DNA from: Lachnospiraceae bacterium | Lineage (GTDB): Bacteria > Bacillota > Clostridia > Lachnospirales > Lachnospiraceae | Assembly (NCBI GenBank): GCA_017469935.1 | Contig: JAFUFL010000022.1 | Location: 104,197-168,196, forward strand | Direction: 5' to 3' | DNA length: 64,000 bases | Part shown: in pieces, positions 55,512-64,000 of the stretch | Numbering within the stretch: position 1 is the stretch's first letter | Layout: each line of letters begins with the position of its first letter | Position numbers and translations under genes: made by a program | The notes under the pieces: model-generated | What the model was told of the DNA's origin: nothing | What the model saw: only the letters and a program-made list of their open reading frames with translations | Databases searched by the model: none

Positions 55512-57596
55512 GTGGGCCAGATTTTCAAGATAGAACCCGCACACAGTATGAAACCGGGCGTTACCGTGATGAAAGACGGCGTCGTCATAGCCGCTGTATT
55601 TCGCGGCCCCGAACCCTGCGGGCTCGTCCTGTACAGGAAAGAGGACGGGAGCGAGATCAGTGTCCCGTTCACGGACGAATACAGGTTCGGAAGCCTCTAT
55701 TCCGTAAAGATCACTTCCATCGATCCCTCTCAGTGGTGCTACAGGCTGTACTGCGGCAGCACTTATTTCGTGGATCCCTGCTGCAGGAGCCTCGAGACGG
55801 TTCAGATCGGCGATGAGACGGTGCGCGCCGGAGGATTCTTCTACGAGCCTGACGAGAAGCTCCCCGTCTACAGGGAGAGTGTCCATCGCCGCGGGGGTGA
55901 GACTGTCATCTACTGCCTCCATGTCCGCGGGTTTACCATGCTGGCCGAGGGCCTTAAGGCGATGCCGGGCACTTTCTCGGCCGCTGCCGAGAGGGCTCCC
56001 TATCTGAGGGAACTGGGCGTGACGACCGTAGAACTTATGCCCGTCTATGAGCTGCAGCCGATCACCAGGGAGCAGAGCGGTCCCCGCACAATGGAAGACG
56101 CGCTGGCCCTCTATCCCGTGAGCAAGGAAGGTCTTCCCATAAAAGACCTCGCTGCCCCAAAAGTCAATTACTGGGGCTACGCGAGAGGATTTTACTACGC
56201 GCCGGCCGGCGCCTACAGCACGCCCGGTTACGAGGGCGGCCCGCAAAAAGAATTTGCGGACATGATCGGAAAGTTCCACGAGGAAGGGATCAGCGTCTGT
56301 CTGCAGCTCTATTTTCCTCCCTCCGTCACCTCTCAGCATCAGATCGAGATCGCCAGGTTCTATGTGACGCACTATGCCGTGGACGGTTTCCGCCTCATGG
56401 GGAGCGTCGCCGATATCCGGGCTTTTTCCTCGGACCCGCTGCTCTCGGATGTGCGGCTCTTCCACACGGATTTTCCTTACGATGAGATCGAGGGCATGGA
56501 TGCGGAGAACCCGGAATCCGGCGCGGTGCAGACCGACAATCTCTTCAGCTATAACGACAGGTTTTCCGTCCTGATCCGGCGCTTTGTCAAGAGCGACGAC
56601 TATGTGATGCGCGAGTTTCTGTATGAATTCCTGAAGGTTCCGGCCGGACACGGAAATGTTCATTACGTCTGCAGCAGCGACGGTTTTACTCTGCGGGATC
56701 TTGTCTCCTATAACGACAGGCACAACGAGCCCAACGGAGAGGGCGGCCTGGACGGGTCGACGGCCAATTACAGCTGGAACTGCGGCCAGGAAGGCGACAG
56801 TGACCGGGAAGATGTCATGAGGCTGCGCAGGAATCAGATCCGCAATTTCCTGACGCTTTTATTCCTCTCCCAGAGCACGCCGATGATCAACGCGGGAGAC
56901 GAGTGTTTCAATACGCAGTACGGCAACAACAACCCTTACTGCCAGGACAACGAGACCGGCTGGACCGGCTGGGACAACGGCGAGACCGGCGATTCCATCC
57001 GCGAATTTGTCCGGAAAATAATCCGCTTCCGAAAGGAGCACCCGGTGTTCAGCGGCCTTAAGCCTTTTAAGAGTACGGATTACATCGGCTGCGGCTATCC
57101 GGACCTCTCCCTGCACGGAAAAGAAGCCTGGAAGCCGGACCTGGGCCATTTCAGCCACGCCATCGGCATCTGCCTGTGCGAGAACTATGTGAGAGGCTCG
57201 CAGAAGGCCGAGCTCATTTACCTGGCGATCAACATGCACTGGGAGACGCAGGAGCTGGGGCTTCCCAAGCTCGCCCCCGGAAGGCGCTGGAATGTCCTTA
57301 TAGATACGGCGCTCGAAGATTCTTTCCTGCAAAGCGAGTGCATTCCGGACGACCAGCATGTGGTGGAAGTCGCCCCCAGGTCCGTCCGCATCCTGTGCAC
57401 GGTGACGTCCAATAAACCGGTCCGGCGCAGGAGGAAAAAATCCTCTAAAAAGGATGAAAATAAAAAGGATGAAAAGAAAACCCTAAAGGCCGCGGAGATC
57501 ACTCCGGTTCCTGTCCCGGCAAAGGACGACGCTCCGGTTGTCCAAAAGACTGCCGACGTCGAAAAAGAAGAGTTGAAGAAAAAAGATGAAGAGTAA
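55512..57596 (+). CDS. glgX: Glycogen debranching enzyme (GH13 isoamylase/GlgX type)
   Basis: N-terminal CBM48-like domain. GH13 blocks VDGFRLMGS and the later catalytic regions, and YVCSSDGFTLRDLVSYNDRHNEPNGEGG is typical of GlgX. I prefer the GTG at 55512 (AGGGAGG upstream). It has an unusual K/E-rich C-terminal tail. Confidence 0.82.
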   Translation: MGQIFKIEPAHSMKPGVTVMKDGVVIAAVFRGPEPCGLVLYRKEDGSEISVPFTDEYRFGSLYSVKITSIDPSQWCYRLYCGSTYFVDPCCRSLETVQIGDETVRAGGFFYEPDEKLPVYRESVHRRGGETVIYCLHVRGFTMLAEGLKAMPGTFSAAAERAPYLRELGVTTVELMPVYELQPITREQSGPRTMEDALALYPVSKEGLPIKDLAAPKVNYWGYARGFYYAPAGAYSTPGYEGGPQKEFADMIGKFHEEGISVCLQLYFPPSVTSQHQIEIARFYVTHYAVDGFRLMGSVADIRAFSSDPLLSDVRLFHTDFPYDEIEGMDAENPESGAVQTDNLFSYNDRFSVLIRRFVKSDDYVMREFLYEFLKVPAGHGNVHYVCSSDGFTLRDLVSYNDRHNEPNGEGGLDGSTANYSWNCGQEGDSDREDVMRLRRNQIRNFLTLLFLSQSTPMINAGDECFNTQYGNNNPYCQDNETGWTGWDNGETGDSIREFVRKIIRFRKEHPVFSGLKPFKSTDYIGCGYPDLSLHGKEAWKPDLGHFSHAIGICLCENYVRGSQKAELIYLAINMHWETQELGLPKLAPGRRWNVLIDTALEDSFLQSECIPDDQHVVEVAPRSVRILCTVTSNKPVRRRRKKSSKKDENKKDEKKTLKAAEITPVPVPAKDDAPVVQKTADVEKEELKKKDEE

Positions 57597-58152
57597 AGAG
57601 AAGATTACCGTCCGGAAAACCGCGGGTCATTTTAACACCGTGATGAAACATAAATACCTGGTCATGAAGGGGTGCTTCAGCGTAGGACTCTACAGGCAGG
57701 GCCTGCTCCACGACCTGTCCAAGTTCGCGCCGACCGAGTTTCTGGTAGGCGCCAGGTACTGGCAGGGAAACCGCTCTCCCAACAACGCGGAGAGAGAGGA
57801 AAAGGGGTACAGCGCCTCCTGGCTTCACCACAAAGGGCGCAACCGCCATCACTTTGAGTACTGGGTGGACTATAACCTGCGCGGAGAGATGGGAAGCGGT
57901 CCTGTCATCCCCGTTAAGATGCCCGGAAGATATGTGATCGAAATGCTCATGGACCGCATCGCGGCCAGCAAAGTTTACGCCGGCGACAAATACGACGACA
58001 CTTATCCTCTCAAATATTTTGAACAGGGGACGCATGTGATCAGTTTCATGCATCCCGAGACGGCGAAGCTGCTCCACATGCTGCTCAAGATGCTGGCAGA
58101 GGAGGGGGAGGAGAAAACATTTGCCTATGTGCGCAGACACCTGCACAAATAA
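57586..58152 (+). CDS. DUF5662-like protein with HD-type metal-binding pattern
   Basis: 188 aa. HFNTVMKHK...GLLHDLSKF...SWLHHKGRNRHHFEYW gives an H..HD..HH pattern. The ATG overlaps the glgX 3' end by 11 nt. Confidence 0.6.
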   Translation: MKSKEKITVRKTAGHFNTVMKHKYLVMKGCFSVGLYRQGLLHDLSKFAPTEFLVGARYWQGNRSPNNAEREEKGYSASWLHHKGRNRHHFEYWVDYNLRGEMGSGPVIPVKMPGRYVIEMLMDRIAASKVYAGDKYDDTYPLKYFEQGTHVISFMHPETAKLLHMLLKMLAEEGEEKTFAYVRRHLHK

Positions 58153-58900
58153 AGACACAGACGCAAGGTTCCGGCAGGCACTCGACCGCGTAGTCCGCCT
58201 GCAAGAACGGGAGCGCCACGGCATCGGCATGCAGAAGGAAAAGACTCTGCATGCCGTTCTTAAGGCTTATGAGGACCCCGACGAGGACCACCACGAGATC
58301 CCGATTGAGAACTATATTGCGGATATTTACTGCGAAGAGACCGGCACCATCACGGAGATCCAGACGGCCAATATGGGGTACCTGAGGCAAAAGCTCGATG
58401 TTTTTCTGCCTCTTTACCATGTGCGGGTGGTCTATCCGATCCCGGCGGTCAAATGGGTCACCTGGATCGACCCCGAGACGGGCGAGCTTGGCAAGCGAAG
58501 CCGTTCTCCCAAAAAGGGTAGCTTTTACAGCGCCTTCCGCGAGCTCTACAAAATATCGTCCTATCTGGACCATCCCAACCTTTCCATTAAGCTGATCCTC
58601 CTGGATATGGAGGAATACAGGCTCAAGGACGGATGGGGCAGGGACGGAAAGCGCGGCTCCCACCGCTACGACAGGGTGCCCACAAGGATCGTGGGGGAGA
58701 CCCTGCTCACAGAGCCCCGGGATTACATGCAGTTCATTCCCTATGAGCTCGACGAGCCCTTCACGGCCGGGGAGCTGGCAAAGAGCTGCGGGCTGAGGGT
58801 AAAGAGCTTCTCCACCGAGGCGCTGATCCTGCGCAAAATGGGCGTGATCGAGCAGGTCGGTAAGAGAGGGCGCTCCTATCTATACAGAGTAGCGAACTGA
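58121..58900 (+). CDS. Hypothetical protein: putative PD-(D/E)xK-like nuclease core plus C-terminal winged-helix-like domain
   Basis: 259 aa. EKTLHAVLKAY...IADIYCEETGTITEIQT resembles a D...E-x-Q/K nuclease motif of the CoiA-like type. The C-terminus FTAGELAKSCGLRVKSFSTEALILRKMGVIEQVGKRGRSYLYRV is wHTH-like. The start at 58121/58127 overlaps the upstream gene by about 30 nt; ATG 58229 is an alternative. Confidence 0.5.
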   Translation: MPMCADTCTNKDTDARFRQALDRVVRLQERERHGIGMQKEKTLHAVLKAYEDPDEDHHEIPIENYIADIYCEETGTITEIQTANMGYLRQKLDVFLPLYHVRVVYPIPAVKWVTWIDPETGELGKRSRSPKKGSFYSAFRELYKISSYLDHPNLSIKLILLDMEEYRLKDGWGRDGKRGSHRYDRVPTRIVGETLLTEPRDYMQFIPYELDEPFTAGELAKSCGLRVKSFSTEALILRKMGVIEQVGKRGRSYLYRVAN

Positions 58901-58937
58901 AACGGCCGCTATTAGAATACGAAACATGAGGAATAGT

Positions 58938-60404
58938 ATGTTTAACGATTTACAATTTGAAAAGGAACTCGCCGCCATCGACCTGCTCGGCCCCGAGCCT
59001 TCGGACGAGCACAGCCGCGAGCTGTACTATATAGGGAAACTGAGAAAGCTGATCGCCGACAGATCACAGGCGGCGGGAAGGCCCCTTACCGCCTGCACGG
59101 TCACCTTCGGCTGTCAGATGAACGCAAGGGACTCCGAGAAACTGATTGGGATCCTGATCAAATCCGGATTTGCGCCCACGGAGTCGGAGGACGCCGATTT
59201 TGTCATCTTCAACACCTGCACCGTCAGGGACAACGCGGACCAGAGGACTTTCGGGCGCCTGGGCAGGATCAGCCATCTCAAGAAGAAAAACCCGCACATG
59301 AAGGTCGCGATCTGCGGCTGCATGATGCAGGAGAAGGGGAATGTCGAGAAAGTCAGAAAGAGCTATCCCTTTGTCGACCTGATCTTCGGGACCCACAATA
59401 TCTACCGCTTCGCCCAGTATCTGTGGGAAGTCTATGACACGGACCGCAAGGTCACCGAGATCTGGGACAAGACCGACAAGATCGTGGAGAACCTTCCGGT
59501 CGAGAGAAAATATCCCTATAAATCCGGCATCAACATCATGTTCGGCTGCGACAATTTCTGCAGCTACTGCATTGTTCCCTATGTGAGGGGCAGAGAGCGC
59601 AGCCGGGATCCCAGGGAGATCCTGCGCGAATGCGAAAATCTGGCCCGCGACGGCGTGACCGAGATCATGCTGCTGGGACAGAACGTCAATTCCTACGGCA
59701 AGGGACTCGAAAATCCGATCAGCTTTGCCCAGCTCCTCGAAGAGGTCTGCAAAGTGGATGGGATCCGGAGAGTCCGCTTCATGACGCCCCATCCCAAGGA
59801 TCTGTCCTATGACCTGATCCGGGTGATCCGGGACAATCCCAAGGTCGCCAGACACGTGCACCTGCCTCTCCAGAGCGGCTCCGACCGGATCCTCAAGAAG
59901 ATGAACCGCCACTACACCAAGGAGCAGTTCATCGCGCTGGCGCAGAAGATCCGCGAGGAAATCCCGGATGTGGCCATCACGACGGACATTATCGTCGGGT
60001 TCCCCGGCGAGACCGCGCAGGATGTGGACGACACCGTGGATGTCATTAAGAAAGTGCAGTTCGACAACGCCTATACTTTTATCTACTCCCCCCGAAGGGG
60101 AACGCCGGCGGCCAAAATGCCGGACCAGGTGCCCGCGGACGCCGTCAAGGAAGGGTTTGACAGAGTCCTTCTGACCGTGCAGGAAAACGCCAGAGCGAGA
60201 TCGGCGCTGCTTGAAGGACGGGTCATGGAAGGCCTCGTCGAGGAACTGAATTCGCAGAAGGAAGGCTATGTGACCTGCCGCCTTTCCAATAACATGATCG
60301 TCCATGTGCCGGGAGACGCCTCCCTGATCGGCACCTATCAGCCGGTCCGTCTCGAAGAATGCCGCGGCTTTTACTATTTTGGCCGCATCGAAAAAGAGGC
60401 GTGA
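58938..60404 (+). CDS. miaB: tRNA-i6A37 methylthiotransferase
   Basis: Radical-SAM CDNFCSYC motif, N-terminal MTTase cysteines (FGCQMN, NTCTVR, CGC), and a C-terminal TRAM domain. I prefer the ATG at 58938 (GAGGA 5 nt upstream) over 58926. Confidence 0.9.
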   Translation: MFNDLQFEKELAAIDLLGPEPSDEHSRELYYIGKLRKLIADRSQAAGRPLTACTVTFGCQMNARDSEKLIGILIKSGFAPTESEDADFVIFNTCTVRDNADQRTFGRLGRISHLKKKNPHMKVAICGCMMQEKGNVEKVRKSYPFVDLIFGTHNIYRFAQYLWEVYDTDRKVTEIWDKTDKIVENLPVERKYPYKSGINIMFGCDNFCSYCIVPYVRGRERSRDPREILRECENLARDGVTEIMLLGQNVNSYGKGLENPISFAQLLEEVCKVDGIRRVRFMTPHPKDLSYDLIRVIRDNPKVARHVHLPLQSGSDRILKKMNRHYTKEQFIALAQKIREEIPDVAITTDIIVGFPGETAQDVDDTVDVIKKVQFDNAYTFIYSPRRGTPAAKMPDQVPADAVKEGFDRVLLTVQENARARSALLEGRVMEGLVEELNSQKEGYVTCRLSNNMIVHVPGDASLIGTYQPVRLEECRGFYYFGRIEKEA

Positions 60405-60451
60405 GGCCCGGTGCGGATCTTGCCAAAAAAGCACAGAAATGAAGGAAATGA

Positions 60452-63139
60452 ATGAGTATTAAGCTGGAAGAACAGGATTTATCCAAACTCAGTCCCATGA
60501 TGCAGCACTACCTCAAGACCAAGGAGGAATATCCGGGCTGCATCCTCTTTTACCGACTCGGCGATTTCTACGAGATGTTTTTCGAGGACGCGGAGATCGT
60601 ATCGAGGGAGCTGGAACTGACGCTGACGGGAAAGAGCTGCGGCCTGAAGGAGCGGGCGCCCATGTGCGGCGTCCCTTACCACGCGGTGGACAGCTACCTG
60701 ACGAGACTTGTCGAAAAAGGCTACAAGGCGGCCATCTGCGAGCAGGTGGAGGATCCCAGGACCGCCAAGGGCATGGTGAAGCGGGAGGTCATCCGCATTG
60801 TCACGCCCGGCACAAATCTCGACATGGAGTCCATTGAGGAGGGGAAGAACAACTTTATCTTCTGCATCCTCTACAGCGGGCAGGGAAAGAGCGGGATCGC
60901 CGTGGCGGACGTCACGACCGGCGAATTCTATATGACGGAGACGGAAGGCGACCGCAAGATCTACGACGAGATCGTCCGCTATTCGCCTTCGGAGATCATC
61001 TGCAGCGACAGTTTTCTCCTCTCGAGCCTGGACCTGGGAGATATTCGGGACAGGCTGGGCATCATCGTCAATACGCTGGGCGCTCACTATTTTGACGAGG
61101 CGGCGGCGCAGAAGGTCCTGCTGGAGCACTTTCACGTCTCCAGCCTGATCGCGCTGGGCATGGACGACAAGCGGACGGGAGGCGCGGCAGCGGGCGCCCT
61201 TCTTCGCTATCTTTATGACACGCAGAAGAACGCGCTGTCCAATATTACGGGAATCAGCGTCTATGCGGCGGGAAAATACATGCTGCTGGACAGCTCCACG
61301 AGAAGAAACCTGGAGCTCACCGAGACCATGCGGGAAAAGAAAAAGCGCGGCTCCCTTCTGTGGGTGCTCGACAGGACGCAGACGGCCATGGGCGCGCGCC
61401 GGCTCCACCAGATGATCGAACAGCCCCTCGTGGACCGCGAGATGATCGAACAGAGGCTGGACGCGGTGGACAAATTGTGCGGCAACACGGTGGACCGCGA
61501 CGAGATCCGCGAGTACCTGCAGACGGTCTACGACCTGGAGCGGCTCATGACCAGGGTCAGCTACGGCTCGGCCAATCCCAGGGACCTCATCGCGCTGCGC
61601 GGTTCCCTCAAAATGTTCGCCCCCATCCGGCAGGTCCTGCAGGATTTCGACGGCGGACTGCTCGCACAGCTCCGGGACGACATGGTCGATTTCGACGAGA
61701 TCGTGGACCTTCTGGAGAAGTCCATCGAAGACGAGCCCCCGCTGCAGGTGCGGGAGGGTGGCATCATCCGGACGGGGTTTGACCCCGATATCGACATGCT
61801 CCGGGAGGCCAAAACCCAGGGGCGCAAGTGGCTGATGAATCTCGAAGCCGAGGACCAGCAGCGCACCGGCATCAAGAACCTGCGCATCAAATACAACAAA
61901 GTATTCGGCTATTACTTCGAGGTCACCAATTCTTTCAAGGACCTCGTGCCGCCGGATTACCAGCGAAAACAGACTCTCGTGGGCGCCGAGCGCTACACCT
62001 CCGACAAGCTCAAGTCCCTGGAGGACACGATCCTGAACGCGGAGGACAAGCTCAATACGCTCGAGTACGACAAGTTCTGTGAGATCCGGGACACCGTGGG
62101 AGGACAGATCTCCGTGATCCAGAAGGCGGCCAGAGCGCTGTCCATGCTGGATGTTCTCTGCTCCCTTTCGCTGGTCGCGGAGAGGGGACGCTATGTGCGC
62201 CCTTCCATCAATGACAAGGGATCCATCCGGATCAAGGAGGGCCGGCATCCGGTCGTCGAGAAGATGCTGCAGGGCGAGTTTATCTCCAACGACACGCTTC
62301 TGGACAGCAAAAAGAACGCGATCGCGATCATCACCGGTCCCAATATGGCCGGCAAGTCCACGTACATGCGCCAGGTGGCCCTCATCTGCCTTATGGCCCA
62401 GATCGGGAGCTTTGTTCCCGCTTCCTCGGCGGACCTGTGCGTCGTGGACCGGATCTTTACAAGAGTCGGCGCTTCCGACGACCTTGGGAGCGGCCAGAGC
62501 ACCTTCATGGTGGAGATGAACGAAGTCGCCAATATCCTCAGGAACGCGACGCCTTCTTCCCTCCTGATCCTGGACGAGATCGGGCGGGGAACTTCCACCT
62601 ACGACGGCCTGTCCATCGCCTGGGCCGTCATTGAGCACATCAGCAACAAGCGGTTTCTGGGCGCCAAGACGCTCTTTGCGACCCACTACCACGAGCTGAC
62701 GGAGCTCGAGGGCAAAATAGACAATGTCAGCAACTACTGCGTCGCCGTCAAGGAAAAAGGCGATGACATCGTTTTTTTGCGGAAGATCATCAAGGGAGGG
62801 GCGGATAAGAGCTACGGCATCCAGGTCGCCAAACTGGCGGGCCTTCCCGACATCGTGATCGACCGGGCCAAGGAGATTCTCGAACAGCTCACGGACAGCG
62901 ATATAACCGAGAGCATCCGCAGCATTGAGACCAAGGCCGGGCAGAGCGCGGGAAAAGCCAAAAAAGCCAAGCACTACGACGAAGTGGACCTGGGACAGAT
63001 GTCCCTGTTCGAGACGGTGAGCGACAACGATGTGCTCAAAGAGCTCGAACAGATCGACATATCGAACCTGACGCCGCTGGATGCGCTGAACACGCTCTAC
63101 CGCCTGCAGACGCAGCTAAAAAACCGCTGGAGCGTATAA
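60452..63139 (+). CDS. mutS: DNA mismatch repair protein MutS
   Basis: 895 aa. TPMMQHYL...GDFYEMFF mismatch-binding domain, Walker A ITGPNMAGKSTYMRQ, DEIGRGTSTYDG, ATHYHEL, and a C-terminal clamp-binding-like tail. Confidence 0.96.
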   Translation: MSIKLEEQDLSKLSPMMQHYLKTKEEYPGCILFYRLGDFYEMFFEDAEIVSRELELTLTGKSCGLKERAPMCGVPYHAVDSYLTRLVEKGYKAAICEQVEDPRTAKGMVKREVIRIVTPGTNLDMESIEEGKNNFIFCILYSGQGKSGIAVADVTTGEFYMTETEGDRKIYDEIVRYSPSEIICSDSFLLSSLDLGDIRDRLGIIVNTLGAHYFDEAAAQKVLLEHFHVSSLIALGMDDKRTGGAAAGALLRYLYDTQKNALSNITGISVYAAGKYMLLDSSTRRNLELTETMREKKKRGSLLWVLDRTQTAMGARRLHQMIEQPLVDREMIEQRLDAVDKLCGNTVDRDEIREYLQTVYDLERLMTRVSYGSANPRDLIALRGSLKMFAPIRQVLQDFDGGLLAQLRDDMVDFDEIVDLLEKSIEDEPPLQVREGGIIRTGFDPDIDMLREAKTQGRKWLMNLEAEDQQRTGIKNLRIKYNKVFGYYFEVTNSFKDLVPPDYQRKQTLVGAERYTSDKLKSLEDTILNAEDKLNTLEYDKFCEIRDTVGGQISVIQKAARALSMLDVLCSLSLVAERGRYVRPSINDKGSIRIKEGRHPVVEKMLQGEFISNDTLLDSKKNAIAIITGPNMAGKSTYMRQVALICLMAQIGSFVPASSADLCVVDRIFTRVGASDDLGSGQSTFMVEMNEVANILRNATPSSLLILDEIGRGTSTYDGLSIAWAVIEHISNKRFLGAKTLFATHYHELTELEGKIDNVSNYCVAVKEKGDDIVFLRKIIKGGADKSYGIQVAKLAGLPDIVIDRAKEILEQLTDSDITESIRSIETKAGQSAGKAKKAKHYDEVDLGQMSLFETVSDNDVLKELEQIDISNLTPLDALNTLYRLQTQLKNRWSV

Positions 63140-63186
63140 TATAAGGGGATGTCCCCAATTGAAGTTTACTGAATCTATCAGAGACA

Positions 63187-63208
63187 CCCGCGCGGCTCGC
63201 TGCGCGGG
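63187..63208 (+). repeat. Degenerate relative of the REP-like repeat, copy E
   Basis: cccgcgc-ggctcgct-gcgcggg hairpin sharing gcgcgg..ctcgct with the family core. It lies between mutS and mutL. Confidence 0.5.
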
Positions 63209-63228
63209 CTATGTAAGAGGACAGAGTA

Positions 63229-64000
63229 TTGGAAATTCATTTACTGAGTGAAGAAACGATCAACCGGATCGCCGCCGGCGAAGTGGTGGAGCGGCCCGTA
63301 AACGTGGTGAAAGAGCTGGTGGAGAACTCCATCGACGCCGGCGCCACCGCCATCACCGTCGAGATCCGGGAGGGCGGAAAGAAGATGATCCGCGTCACGG
63401 ACAACGGCTGCGGCATAGAAAAGAGCCAGATCACCAAGGCCTTCGAGCGCCACGCGACCAGCAAGATCCGCGACGACAGCGACCTGACCCGGCTCGTCAG
63501 CCTCGGATTCCGGGGCGAGGCCTTGTCCAGCATTGCCGCCGTCGCCCAGGTGGAGATGATCACCAAGACCAGGGAATCCCTGACCGGGATCAGGGCCACC
63601 AATCAGCCCCTGAGCGGCTTTTCGGAGAATGAGCGCATAAAGCTCGATCTCGAGGAGATCGGCGCTCCTGACGGCACCAGCGTGGTCGTCCGAAACCTCT
63701 TCTATAATGTCCCCGTGCGCGCCAGATTCCTCAAACAGCCGCAGACGGAGGCCGGCTACATCACCGACCTCGTGGAGCGGCAGGCGCTCTCGCATCCGTC
63801 CATTTCCTTCCACTACCGGGTGGACGGCAGGGAAAAGCTCCACACGACGGGAAACGGCGACCTCAAAGAGCTCCTGTACCGGATCTACGGCCGCGAGATC
63901 AGCAAAAAAGTGCTGCCCGTGAAGGTTGCGGACGGACACTACTCGCTGGAGGGATTTATCGGAAGGCCGGAGATCAGCCGGTCCACCAGAAACTTCGAGA
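63229..64000 (+). CDS. mutL: DNA mismatch repair protein MutL (5' partial; runs off the window)
   Basis: TTG start after AAGAGGA. (M)EIHLLSEETINRIAAGEVVERPVNVVKELVENSIDAGAT...TDNGCGI...LGFRGEAL are GHKL ATPase motifs. It is not in the ORF track because there is no stop inside the window. Confidence 0.9.
   Translation, partial: MEIHLLSEETINRIAAGEVVERPVNVVKELVENSIDAGATAITVEIREGGKKMIRVTDNGCGIEKSQITKAFERHATSKIRDDSDLTRLVSLGFRGEALSSIAAVAQVEMITKTRESLTGIRATNQPLSGFSENERIKLDLEEIGAPDGTSVVVRNLFYNVPVRARFLKQPQTEAGYITDLVERQALSHPSISFHYRVDGREKLHTTGNGDLKELLYRIYGREISKKVLPVKVADGHYSLEGFIGRPEISRSTRNFE

Noticed and set aside
55424-55816. 130-aa + strand ORF spanning the structured element and the 5' end of glgX. 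Also the small ORFs at 34450-34656, 31546-31731 and 31686-31970.
   Set aside because: They are out of frame with and overlap well-supported genes or RNA-like structure. They have no RBS and arginine-rich nonsense-like translations.

Overview
About 64 kb of chromosomal backbone from a moderately high-GC Firmicute. Gene order and protein sequences look Clostridia/Lachnospiraceae-like, but the taxon is inference. I call 46 protein genes, 45 on the + strand and only a TetR regulator on the - strand, plus one tRNA-Thr. Content is mostly housekeeping: aspartate-family and branched-chain/serine/arginine/aromatic amino-acid biosynthesis (ACT-hom, aspartokinase, asd, leuB-ilvD-ilvB, serC-serA, argH, aroC); translation (glnS, gltX, rpmE-prmC-prfA, tgt, miaB); DNA repair and replication (addBA, topB, rnhA, dut, a UvrD-like helicase, mutS-mutL); polyphosphate (ppx-ppk); guaB, glgX and yajC. 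I see no transposase, integrase, CRISPR array, prophage or recognisable defence island. The unexplained signals are small-scale. (1) A REP-like GC-rich palindromic intergenic repeat family occurs in at least five intergenic gaps, including an exact 25-nt match in opposite orientation 31 kb apart. (2) A translationally overlapped two-gene cassette (HD-like DUF5662-type protein plus a PD-(D/E)xK-like/wHTH protein) is wedged between glgX and miaB. (3) A roughly 150-nt heavily self-complementary element with a perfect 20-bp stem lies upstream of glgX. (4) Two sets of AT-rich tandem direct repeats sit in the promoter regions of the HTH-ACT/hom operon and of ilvD. (5) Several conserved genes of unknown function are embedded in operons: DUF1015 with serCA, DUF1385 with rpmE-prmC-prfA, an LbH protein coupled to topB, and a membrane MutS-like ATPase. 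All family assignments come from reading the translations by eye; no database search was run. I did not find one clear novel system; items (1) to (3) are the best candidates.
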